Source: Folioceros fuciformis | Lineage: Eukaryota | Length of the DNA: 47,559 nt | Direction: 5' to 3' | Assembly: GCA_049999805.1 (NCBI GenBank) | Contig: JBNGIO010006373.1 | Location: 474,770 to 522,328 of the forward strand | Part shown: piece by piece, positions 1 to 11,515 of the stretch | Position numbering within the stretch: position 1 is the first letter of the stretch | Layout of the letters: each line of letters opens with the position of its first letter | The notes under the pieces: model-generated | Database searches by the model: none | What the model was told of the DNA's origin: nothing | Seen by the model: the letters and a program-made list of their open reading frames with translations, nothing else | Translations under genes and position numbers: made by a program

Positions 1-767
1 CCTCTCCCTCCTTCTCCCTCTCCCTGGCCATCGTCCCTGCGCCCAAGGCCCTTGTCGTTTCTGCCGGATTCTTGGAAAGGCCTCCGCATCCGCCACTGTC
101 TGCCCGGCCTTCCCTTGGGCCGCTCTCGGCAGGGCCGTGCTTCTGCTGTGCTTTCGGTCGTGCCTGTCAGACACCAGGAGCCTCCTCGAATCTACGTACA
201 CCTGGATCGGGTGCGATTAGGACCGTCTTCATACGAGCACATCTTCCTGTCCCACCCCTGCCGGACGCACTGTTAAGCCTTCAGTTTGCCGGACCTTTCT
301 CGCCTCATTTACGCACGGGATGCGTTGCCATGAGCAGGTGCGCGCGACTTGTCAGGAGTGTACAGTGTCTGCCTGGTGTGAGCGTGGAAATGGGAGGCCT
401 TGGGATTGTGGAGTTGTGAAGATAAATTTTTGGGCCGTGAGGGAGAAGCGGCACTGTTTTTGTTTTTGGTTTGCTGCTGGCTGGAACTGTGATTGAATGA
501 ATGCTGGATTCGGACTCGCACACTGTTGTCACGTTTTAGTCTCTACGTTGTGGCTCATAATTTCTACACTGGTCGAGGTGCTGTAGGAAGACTGTGTTAG
601 TGATCAATTGCGGCAAGCGACAGAGGTCGGACCTTCTTTTTTTTTGCCTACGGGAGAAGACGGAAGGAGGAGGGACTGGCCCGCCCGAGGTTGATGCATT
701 TGTGATGAGAATGCCTGGCCCGGCCGCAGCGCATGGTAGGACTGGTGGATGCGTGTGTTTTTGAGCT

Positions 768-3700
768 ATGGGATACAAGGATAGCGCGTACAAGGACTCT
801 AGATCCCCTGGTGAGGAGCCGGGGAAGCACAAGTGGAGCTCGGAACCTCTGCCGCCCAGGCCAACCAAAGGGAGCACGGAGAAAACGCCCTCCCTTTCCC
901 CTGAGGACACGTTGCGCAGGAACACGTCCCATGGCTCGCCACCGGCGTCTCGGGGACAAGGGCAGGGCGGGACTACAGACCAGGTGCCGGATCGCAGGCA
1001 GATAGCCTCGGCCTCGCCGCCTAGCAGGCCGCCGCAGACCAGGCAGCTGACGCACACGTCGTCGCTGGCCCGGGTGTCTGCCAGGAAGGAGTTTCTGAGA
1101 GCAACTCTGCAGGGACGGCACGAGTACTATTCCAATCCGGAGAGCATCCCTCCCAGCAATGTCTCCTTCGCTGGATTCCAAGGAATGTACCCTAAGTTCA
1201 AGGATACTATGGTGGCAGACGACATTCGGCGAGCGGAATATGAGCATTTGGAGGATTCAGGGCACGTCTGTTTCGACTACTCTGGATTTGGTCTCTTCTC
1301 GCACAGGCACCATGAACTCAATCCCGCTTCTTCTTCCTTCTCTCTGGCTTACGTGACAGGAAATCTGCCCACTCATGCGCTCTATGGGGCAGCGGATGAG
1401 GGCACTGTTGAGGGATACATTAGGAAGCGTATACTGGACTACCTGAATATCAACGAGGCAGACTACAGCATGGTTTTCACTTCCAGCCGAGGTACTGCAT
1501 TCAAGCTCTTGGCAGAGAGCTATCCTTTCGACGTCAGCGATCGGTTGTTGACTGCTTATGACCACGAGAGCGAGAGCGTGAAATGGATGGTGGAGAGAGC
1601 CAAGAGACAAGGTGCCAAGATCATGACGGCACACTTCAAGTGGCCCTCCCTCAGGATATCCTCCGAGGACCTCAAGAAGCAAATGCAGGTACAGTACCGC
1701 TTTGAACGTTCCAATTGCACCAAGTTCTTTCAGGTTGGTACTGGAGCCTTTTTCCTCGCCACCTGATTTGACTGGGAGATCAACCTTTCCTCATGATCAG
1801 CCTAATGGCAACCCTCACGTCACGTCTGTATTAAACAGGAACGTCGGAAGAAGAAAGACGCTGCCAAGGGCTTGTTTGTCTTTCCAGTGCAATCAAGAAT
1901 TACGGGAGCCAAGTATTCCTATCAATGGATGTCTCACGCTCAGAACAACAAGTGGCATGTGCTGCTTGATGCTACTGCCCTCGGCCCCAAGGACATGAGC
2001 TCCCTGGGACTTTCCTTGTTTCGCCCCGACTTCATCATTTCGTCTTTCTACAAAGTTTTTGGTGCTGACCCCACTGGTTTCGGCTGTCTCTTTATAAAAA
2101 ACTCCGCCATACATGCCCTGCACAGTTCATCGCGAGCCAGAGGAGTGGGCATGGTCCGGATTGTTCCAACTCTCGTTCAGCGCACCCGTGTGCCAGCAGA
2201 TGAGGGTCAAGATGAAAGAAAGACTCGGGAATCACACAGGGGCAAAATGAGCTCGGATGAGGATGGGGATAGCGACTTTCTGCCCTCTCCTCATGCTGTG
2301 CCTGCATTCTCTGGTCCTGTTGCGAGTTTCTACGCAACTGCTGAATCTGGAAGTTTGTTTATGGAGGGCAGCAGTCGTTTCACCGGTGATGATGGAGAGT
2401 TCGCCTGCTATCAGCAAAGCTTACTTGAGAAAGGTGTGAATGGGCAATATTCCAGAACCTGTGAAAGAGAGCAACTGGATGGCTCTCCAAGGCAGTATTC
2501 CCCAGAGGTTGGGTGTTCTGAAATCGTTTGCGCTTCTGGTATCGTCTTTCAATCGGGGAAAGTTTACCCGGCGTCGGGAAGCCTGAACTCGGCCAACTAT
2601 GTGGTTCCATCTGAAAGTCACTCAATGAATGCAAAGGGTGGGCAGAAGCCGCATGAGGAGAGATCGGATCAGCCGTCAGCTATCCCAAAAGTTGAGTCAC
2701 AGTTGAGCATAACCAACCAACAGGAGCCGTCGAGTTGTGCTCCACGCATCCGGGATCACCCAGGTGTGGATGTCCTGGAGCCAGACGAGGTGTCCTTCAG
2801 CTGCGATGTGAATGAGATAACTGGGACATGGGAGTCTACGGTTGTCAGGCATGAGGGGAACACGCCGGGAAATTCTTCGAGTTTTAGATTCCCTGCTTCC
2901 TCATTTCAACCCGAAACTGGGAGTGCGAGGTTCTTCAATTCCACCACGGTGATGGATCAACATAGTGTAACCTCGTCTAACAGGGCGGATCTTGGCTCAA
3001 GCACAGGTCAACCGATTAACAGGTTGACTGTGCTGATGGATGCCAACTGCGACACCTCGTCTCACTTGCTCGAGGAAGACCATCATTCCAACACGGAAGC
3101 CATAAGCGGTGAAGAGCTGTCGCAGAGTTACAGGGAAGAAGTTTCAACAAGCAAAAGCTTAAAGACGCAGGTTCAAACGAGTGGGACAGAGGAAAACAGA
3201 GGGTTAGTTTCCAGGGAAACAGAGAGGGACTACGCTCTGTATGGGTTGAGGGATGAGTTTAGCCATAGCACACTGGTTAGGGCACTGAGCAGAGAGCTTG
3301 AACTGGATGGCGTAAGCGACGTCGAAACCTGCGAGGTTGGGGAGGATGTGTACTTTCAAAGGAACTTGCACTCGAAGGGACAAATGTCTGGAGGTGCTCC
3401 TCAAGAGTACTACGACGATGAAGCGAGCGTTTTCACTGACGAGGAGTTTGAATACGGATATCAGCATGGGGACGAGGGGGATGATGACGTGGATGATGAT
3501 GATGAGGATTGGGAACCCTTGGTCCTTTGCTGTGGTTTGGATCATGCAGACTCCGTAGGCCTTACAAAAACAAACTTAAGACTACGTCTCCTCACCAACT
3601 GGTTGGTTTACTCTCTGCTGCAGCTGCGGCATCCTGGTCCTCAAGGATCAGTCGTTCCGCTAGTCCACGTCTATGGGCCAAAGGTGAAGTTCGACAGGGG

Positions 3701-4106
3701 TCACTCGGTCGCGTTCAATATCTTCGACTGGTCCGGGAAGCTGCTACCAGCAGGACTTGTACAAAGGTTAGCTGACCGCAGCAATATCGGGCTGGGTCTG
3801 GGCGTGCTACGCAACCTCGCAATTGTACCCAACGGCGAGGAGGTTCCAGGGCTTGTAGCCAAGACACGAAAGGGTTCCACGGAGGAGTCCAGGAATGGTA
3901 GTGAGGATGCCCCGTGTATTCCGGTGGTGACCGCGGGGCTGAGCTTCTTGACCAACTTCGAGGATGTATACAGATTGTGGCATTTCGTGGCCAAATTTCT
4001 GGACGTCGACTTTGTAGCTAGGGAAGTGTGGAAGTACCATAGCCTGAACCAAGAAACAGTTGTGGTGGGCTGCGATAGAAGCACCACACCTAGCATAGCA
4101 GATTGA
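768..4106 (+). CDS. Molybdenum-cofactor-sulfurase-like / PLP-dependent transferase superfamily protein (plant type); join(768..1688,1839..4106)
   Basis: Motifs VCFDYSGFGLFS, YSMVFTSSRGTAFKLLAESYPF, GLFVFPVQSRITGAKYSYQWM, WHVLLDATALGPKDMSSLGLSLFRPDFIISSFYKVFGADPTGFGCL, CCGLDHAD and FLTNFEDVYRLW. A GT..AG intron at 1689-1838 joins the two ORFs in phase (MQ|ERRKKKDAAKGLF). Confidence 0.9.
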
Positions 4107-4338
4107 GAGGGGTTCCTCACTTGTTGCATCTTAGTCATGTGGGCCACTGAGCAGGTGCACCTCCGACCTGTTTCACGATACCCCGTGAGTAGTCTAACAC
4201 GGGAGTGTACGAAGTGAGGTTGCAAGAGGGGTGCCCGCGCCCTGTCCATCTCCCCGCTCCATGGCACAATTCTAGTTAGTCTCTCGTATTCAAGACAGTG
4301 TTCAGGACTCGTGGCCATCACTGCCACGCCCGGCAGTC

Positions 4339-4412
4339 GCACTGCGCTGTTTTCTCCTGTGCACCGCGCTGTTTTCTCCTGTGCACCGCGCTGTTTTCTC
4401 GTGTGCACTGCG
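4339..4412. repeat. 22-bp tandem repeat, ~3.4 copies (GCACCGCGCTGTTTTCTCCTGT)
   Basis: Units at 4339, 4361 and 4383, plus a partial unit at 4405, read directly. Confidence 0.9.
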
Positions 4413-4678
4413 TGCTCGCAGTATGTATTAAGTATTGAGCTGGCCGCAGTTTCTGCTGAATCTTGTCCTTGTTTTGAAGCATTATTCAACGGGGCTCTCG
4501 CTCCACGGTTGAGCTCGTTGTGGATTTTGCTGTTCCAGTTGCGTATGCGGTTAGCAGTGCTGGGAAATGCTTGAGGACATATCCGTTGAAGAGGGCGTGA
4601 TGGAAGCGCAATTTCAATCGTGCAGAAGATATTGATGTGGATGCACCTGTGCCAGACTTCTTCTCTTCCTGCTGGGCG

Positions 4679-6142
4679 ATGAGCAGGTGGAACAGAGCTT
4701 CTTTGAGGGGCGGAGCGATAGTGGCCGCTCGGTCGTGGCGCGCCAGGGGTGTCAGGCATCCAAAAAATGTAGGCAGGCAGAGACAGGTGGTGGGCACTGC
4801 AGCAGACCAATTGGCTGTCAGCCGTGCTGTGAAGGCTTGTGCCAGGTTAAGGGCAGTGGAGGAGGGTAGGAGGATTCATGCCCACCTTGCTGTCACTGGG
4901 TTTGACAGAGATGTTGTTGTTGGGACAGCTCTCCTGGATATGTATGCCAAGTGTGGCCTGACAGACGAAGCACGTCGTGTGTTTGACAGCATTCAAGGGC
5001 GCAACGTTGTGTCATGGACTGCCATGATTGTTGGGTATTCTCGGGCTGGACAATCTGAGAAGGCTGTCGAGCTGTATGGAAAGATGGAGGAGGAAGGGCT
5101 GGAGCCCGATGTCTACCTAGGTAATACACTGATCACCCTGCTTTCCAAACGTGGGGATATGATTGGTGCGCGGAGGGTATTTGAGAGAATGTGTAGACGT
5201 GATGTTGTATCGTGGAGCTCGCTGATGTCAGGGTATGTGAAGAACGGTGAGAGTGAATCGTGCTTGAAGCTTTTTGCCCGGATGCAGGAGATGGATTTGC
5301 AACCCAGCAAAATAATGTTCCTGAGTTTGCTCAATGCCTGTGCCAGCCTTGCAGCTTTAGAGCAGGGCAGAGACGTGCACGCCCGTCTCAGAGCCAGGGG
5401 CTTGGAGTCTGACGTACTTGTGAGCAATGCTGTGATCGACATGTACGCCAAATGTGGATCTATTCAGGATGCTGTCCTGCATTTTCGCGCGATGCCTGAG
5501 CGAGATATCGTATCTTGGAACACAATGATGGTGGGGTATGCCAAGCATGGCTGTGCACAGGACGCTCTCAAACTCTTCGGTGAGATGCAGCAGGAAGGCG
5601 TGAAGGTTGATGGTGTAAGTTTCCTGGCAGTGTTGACTGCGTGCAGTTATGTTGGCTTGGTGGATGAGGCTTTTGCTCTTTTTCATGCCATGATGCCAGT
5701 TCATGATGTTGCAGCCAAAGCAGAGCACTATGCCTGCATGGTGGACCTGCTGGGACGTGCTGGGCGCCTGGAAGAGGCTGAAGAGTTTGTGGCAAGCATG
5801 CCGTGTGCACCTTCGGTGGGAGTATGGAAGGCTTTGCTGGGTGCTTGTAGGATTCACTCCAATGTGCATCTAGCAAAGTATGCGGCAGAGCAGATCCTAA
5901 AGGTGCACCCTGAGGATTCCACGGCTTATGTCCTTCTGGGGCATACCTACATGGCCTCTGACAAGTTGGAAGAGGAATATTGCTTGAGAACGATAATGAG
6001 GAACAGAGGGCTCAGAAAGGAACCCGGATGCAGCTGGATTGAGGTACAAAATTGTACGCACATTTTTGGCGTGCAAGATCGTTCTCATGCATGTCATGAG
6101 AGCATCTACGAGGAACTGCAGAACTTGCGCATCAAGATTTGA
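4679..6142 (+). CDS. PLS-class pentatricopeptide repeat protein with E1/E2/E+ C-terminus and no DYW domain (organellar RNA editing factor type), intronless
   Basis: P/L/S motifs (VVSWTAMIVGY, TALLDMYAKCG, HYACMVDLLGRAG), E domain VWKALLGACRIH and PG box KEPGCSWIEV. The first in-frame ATG is 4679 (4637 is GTG) and gives an Arg-rich, transit-peptide-like N-terminus. Confidence 0.93.
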   Translation: MSRWNRASLRGGAIVAARSWRARGVRHPKNVGRQRQVVGTAADQLAVSRAVKACARLRAVEEGRRIHAHLAVTGFDRDVVVGTALLDMYAKCGLTDEARRVFDSIQGRNVVSWTAMIVGYSRAGQSEKAVELYGKMEEEGLEPDVYLGNTLITLLSKRGDMIGARRVFERMCRRDVVSWSSLMSGYVKNGESESCLKLFARMQEMDLQPSKIMFLSLLNACASLAALEQGRDVHARLRARGLESDVLVSNAVIDMYAKCGSIQDAVLHFRAMPERDIVSWNTMMVGYAKHGCAQDALKLFGEMQQEGVKVDGVSFLAVLTACSYVGLVDEAFALFHAMMPVHDVAAKAEHYACMVDLLGRAGRLEEAEEFVASMPCAPSVGVWKALLGACRIHSNVHLAKYAAEQILKVHPEDSTAYVLLGHTYMASDKLEEEYCLRTIMRNRGLRKEPGCSWIEVQNCTHIFGVQDRSHACHESIYEELQNLRIKI

Positions 6143-6678
6143 GAAGTCAGTTTCGATGCTAGCAGAACCTGGATCTGCAAACTGAGGAACTGGTCCATTT
6201 AATAGCTTTCACTGTATCTTCATAACTCCGGTTGCGTTGCACGAGAAGCGAATTTGAGAAGGGAGGTGACCAGCAGGGTGCTGGGATGGAACAAGCAAAA
6301 GGTATAATAATATTTTACCTATGGGTACAACTGTTGGTGATGGAAATACTATTGTGTGACTATCCATATGTTGAGATATAAGCGGTTCACATTTTTAGAG
6401 GTAGTTTGCTACATACTGGTACACTCAGGTGGCCCGGATCCATTATTCACTTTTGCAAAACTAATGTAGATATCTGTACACTGTCTACGAATAGACCAGT
6501 TGGTCTCAACGGTAACATGATGGATAGTCTTCAAGCTGATTCATCTAGCAGCTCGCTACTTCAAACAGACGTTCATGTTGAAGATGGCTAAAAGATGGTT
6601 GAAGACTACCAATCGTGATGCAATAAATTTCACACTCACACACTCCCCTATTCTCTACTTTTCTCGTGTAATTCAATT

Positions 6679-9600
6679 TTACACAGCTTTTCCTTCTTCC
6701 AAGTATTCGTTCTTCAAAAGAGCCTGGGTAACTTGGACAGCTTCCCCAACAGTGAGGAAAAACCATTCCTGGCCCAGGCGTTCCACGAAGTGTCCAGCGA
6801 TAAGTTTCTGAAGAACCACAGATCCTGGATTCGATAGCGCCAGCTGCTCACACGTTTACAACATGCCATCAGGGTCTATGGATTACATCACAGACTATAC
6901 AAAACTACTGTGTCCACCATGACGAAAGATACCTGAATGCCTCGATTCTTAAGAGCTGTGTCCAGTTCCTCGAAAGCATGAATACCAGTTGTATCTATGC
7001 TCATCACAGCTGCGGATTACAAACCCAAAGTCAAACAAAGTGAATAATTAGTGACCAAATGAACCTGCTTTGATTCATACTTATACCAAAAAACCGGAAA
7101 GCAATTCGCCTGTTTCCTCCCTCCCGTCAAGCAGGACAAACAGACCCTTGGAAGCTGTGCAAGATTGGAAGCTTACGGGACAGGTCGACAATTAAGTACT
7201 GAATCTTCAAAGACCCGGTTTGAGTCGCTCTATCCTGCACGTCTGTCACCCATCTCAAGATCCTGCAAAGAATCCCACCGAACAGTCATGCTTACTTCAC
7301 GCTCCTTCACGCATGTGCTACGCAAGGTAGAAGGAACGAGGACAAGCAAGCACCTCTCCCGAATATAGTTGGAATTTGCGAAGTAGATGGCCGCATCCAC
7401 ACGAATGATAACAATTCCTGGGATTGTGTTTGCATCAGGATATTGCAGAACATTGCGGTACACGCTTGTGCCCGGGAGATTCCCCAGAAGAGCCGTGTGG
7501 GGCCTGGTAACATGCAACAACACCTTGGCAAAGGACAAGCAGACCTGCAAGCAACAGCGCATCCAGATTGTCAGCTGCTACGACTACTCCGCCTCGTCTC
7601 GTGATGTAATAGTCGGAAGAAACCAGAATCAAGAATCAGCAGCACAAACCGCGATGAGAAGACCGATCTCCACGGAAACGAACAGAGTGCCGAAGAAAGC
7701 TCCCAAAGTCGTGATAAAGTCGAGCTTGTCTGTTTTGAAGATAAGAATTGCAGCTGGGATGTCCACGAGGGTGAGGACCGCTGTGATGATGATGACGGAG
7801 AGCGCAACCGCTGGAGCGAATTTGAACAGTGGTGTGAGGGCCACCAGCGTCAAAAGCACAACGAGGGACATCACAATGTTGGCAAGTGCGGTGTTCACTC
7901 CAGCATTGTAGTTAACGGCGGACCGAGAGAAAGACCCTGTACCGCAACACCAAAAAACCATTGTCGTCAGCCTTCTCCACGCTCGAACGATAAGCTTCGC
8001 AAACTGAACAGCTCTCGTCAGCTCAAAACTTGCCTGTTGACACATAGCAAGAACTCAACGACCCTGCGATGTTCATGAGCCCGTAGGCCACAAACTCCTT
8101 GTTTCCATCCACATGATAATCCTTCAGAGCGGCGAACGTTCGTCCAATCGCGATAGCTTCCTGCGGCACCCATTTCACCACGCAAAGGCTTGACGTCAAG
8201 AGTCCCATCCATCTTCGACTCACTACAAGATTTAGCATCGAGCTTCACCAATGACTTCCAGCATACCACGGTACTCACATTGCAAAACGTCTGGACAAGT
8301 ACGTGCAAACAGTTATCCACTTACAGCAATTGCGATCAACCCGGCGACGATTCCAATCTTCAGCCCTTGCTTCAGCATCTTTCCTTGGAAGTGAATCAGG
8401 TCCACAGACGACGGATTGACGCCCTTTCGGATATGGCCCACCTAATAAGCAGAGACAAGAAGCACGCCACACTCCGCGTCAAGCAATCGAGTAACCCGTG
8501 CTGGACCCGTCTTCAGATAACACGTCCGTCTCACGGCTGTGAGTGAGAGACTTACAGTACTAACGCCGTGCTTGTCCAGTCTTGTGACGAAAACAAACAG
8601 GGTCGACAGGATGACGGTGACGAGAGGACCAGTGGCGGCAACCCAAAATAGGCTCTTCTTCTTCTTGGCCTGCAGAGATACGGCCACGGAAAGGTGATGT
8701 TCAGTTAAGAATTCCAAGTAGAGGAAGTAGCAATGGATGCGAGGTTGAAAACAGTGCTCCGTTGCTTACAATGAATTTGACTGCGATCAAGTAGGCCATG
8801 AAGAAGAGCCCAAGAAGAATGGTGCGGTAGTTCCACTGCACATTGACGTTTCGAACAATCTTTCACAACCTTGCCCTGAGCCGAAGAGAAACATCCTCCC
8901 AACATGACCCCCTGGGATAGTAAGAGACAGGCGGATCGGAAACCCGCTCACCTGGTCGGTGTGCGTGAAGACAGAGCGCAAAACGGACACGATGTCTGTT
9001 TTGGTGGTGAAATCTTTGGAAATGTTTAGGAAGCCCTTCAATTGCTGCAGGGCTATGGTGATCGCTGCACCTCCCATGAACCCGACCACAGCAGCGTGTG
9101 ACAGGAAATCGATAACGAAACCAAGCCTGCAAGGGTGGTGTGCGGCAAGGAGCGGTGGTCCATTACACAGTTAGTTGTGCAATGTACCGCTCCTTCGCAG
9201 TCTGAGAACATGCAAGGCTTCGACCCCCGCTCACCTGAGTATCCCCAAGGCGGCCTGAATGACACCCGCAAAGAAAGTACTTGTGATGGCGAGCTCCAAG
9301 TACTGCTGGGGCTGCTTAGTGGGACTGTACTCGTCGCTGAGGAGTGTTCCCAAGAGCAGGGAAACCACAGCCACAGGCCCGATGGCCACATCCCGGGAGC
9401 TTCCCAGCACCGCATATATTAAGGGAGGCACAAAGCTCGAATCTGCCAATCCAGCAACGGTACCTCAAGACACTCATTTGACGCAAGCAAGGACTCAAAA
9501 ACATCTGCCTGGCAAGAAGAATCTCAAAATTGAGAGGCAGAGAAGGAGGGCAAAGTCACGACTCACAAAGCCCATGCTGATAAGGAAGGTGGGCAAGCTT

Positions 9601-10060
9601 GGCGTATCCCAGATCCTGCACACGGATGCTCGTCGTAAGGTCGGGCCCAGGATTGCTTTCTACTGAGAACTGAGATTCAGATGGGACCAAGAGCTGTACG
9701 GCGTTTACAAGCCAGCAGGCTCACCTGAGGAACAGCAAGACTGGCGATAGTCAATCCTGCGATGATATCCCCCTTGAGCCACTTGAGCTGATAGGACCGG
9801 CCCCATGACAAAATTGGGAAGATGTACTCCAACGCCAGGATGATCTTATTCCTGTTGCTAGGAGTCTTGAACTGCCTGAAGGGATCATCGGGGAAGAAGG
9901 TCTCGTTCACGCTGGTCTTAATTTCGTCCAGGATCCCGGCCGTGGGCGCAACCGCTACCTTGTGGACGTTGGGTACGACATCCCCCGAGATGGGCCCCGT
10001 GGCGTCAGGAGAAGGCTGGTGCCGCACCTTCCCAACCCCGTCGCCCCCCCGAGCCGCCAT
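6679..10060 (-). CDS. SULTR: Sulfate transporter (SULTR/SLC26 with STAS domain), copy A, multi-exon
   Basis: Exon peptides [88 protein letters not shown] and [23 protein letters not shown]. The last exon is LALSNPG...EEGKAV* (stop 6679-6681). Confidence 0.95.
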
Positions 10061-11515
10061 CTTCCCCTGCCCGAGTGCGCCGAGACCGACTAGGGAAGGG
10101 GAAACCAGGCGGACTCAAGCCCAGGGCGTACATACGAAGAATTGGAGCTGACATAGAGTTATATACTACCTCAGACCATTAGCCGATCCGATTGTCGCCT
10201 TCAGGAAGCAGGGCGTTGGAGAGAGCTGGAAAGCTGTTAGAGCGGATGTTGCGGGAGGAGATTCATGCACCAGCAAAATTTCTGGCCAAAATTGATTAGA
10301 ATAATGCAAGCTGCACGACCCGCGTGTCAGGACAGAGGGGCCTCTACAAGGACAAAAAGGTAGCGTCCCCAGCCCTACGACTACCGTCTCCATGCCGTCT
10401 GCCCTCTACTCACCGGAGCGGCGTGAGGTGTGGGCCGCTAGGCGTATGAGAGAGGATAGGCCCTGCCAGACTGCCACATTGGGACCAACCAAAAGTTGGC
10501 CTCCCTCTCCTCATGCTCCGTCCCTGGTCCCCACCGCTACAGCCTTCCCGGCTGACATGTCGACGCAAAATCTCAGCCCTAGGCGAGCGCCGTGGCCGGC
10601 CCTCTACCTGCTTCCCATTCCCTTCCTCTGCTCAGGACCCAGATCCAATCCGGTGAATTGCAACGAGTGATTGGCAGCTCACGCAATCTCTCTCTACCCG
10701 CACCCACTGGCTTACTTGTGACAGGACAAGAGAGACTCCAGTCTCCTTGGAGCTGTCGCAGTGTCAGGGATTACTCCTTGTTCCGTCCTTGGACCTGGCG
10801 GAGGCTTCCCACTCCCATGGCCCTTGGGACTCCCGGGACTCCCGTGCGCTCCGATTCCCTGGCTTGGGAGCTGGCAATGCTTAGCCGTTGGACGCTCGGG
10901 GCCGGGACCCGCAACCTGCAGCATCTTGCACCTTTCAATTGTCTTGAATTTTCCAGGCTTGCATTTCCTGCCTTTCTTCGCTTCGGGCAACTGGTACCAT
11001 GGCAAACATTTTTTCTTCAGCCAGTCGCATCGTCGCAGGCCCCTGCCTCTGATTGTTGCCACTCGTGCTCCTGGAGTAGAGATCGTTGAAGTACTGGAAT
11101 TCCTTGGCGATCGGATTTCGATCTTGTTAAATCCGCCTGCTCGGACTCGTCAGCGCCGCCCTTCGACGTTGGTCATGGTGTTCAGGTCGAGCGTAGACAT
11201 TCAATTACGAGCCGCACGGCAGGCACCACTCTTACGTAACACCGGCCTGGATCCATCAGAACCAATTCTTGCCTTGCAACGTCAACCTGCACGCTTAACT
11301 GAACTTGATGAATGGCACCAACTTTATTCCTCACAAATAAATGTACACTGCCAGGCAAATGTGCCTGACCACAATCTCTCTCACACATGGTTTCTCACAC
11401 CAAGTATGGGTACAGCAATCTTCGCGCAAACAGTATGGTGGTGCTGAAGGTGATGAAGGATGATCACCTCCTAAAAAAATCAAAGAATTCCACACAATCA
11501 ATTCCCACACACGAG

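Noticed and set aside
536-1247. Minus-strand ORFs of 173 and 199 aa
   Set aside because: Shadow ORFs of the GC-rich first exon of the Moco-sulfurase-like gene.
3701-4810. 369-aa minus-strand ORF
   Set aside because: It is antisense to two real genes, has no recognisable motif, and starts at a non-ATG codon.
10592-11447. Overlapping ORFs between the two SULTR genes
   Set aside because: No domain, splice structure or codon signal that I can recognise. This is likely promoter/terminator DNA.
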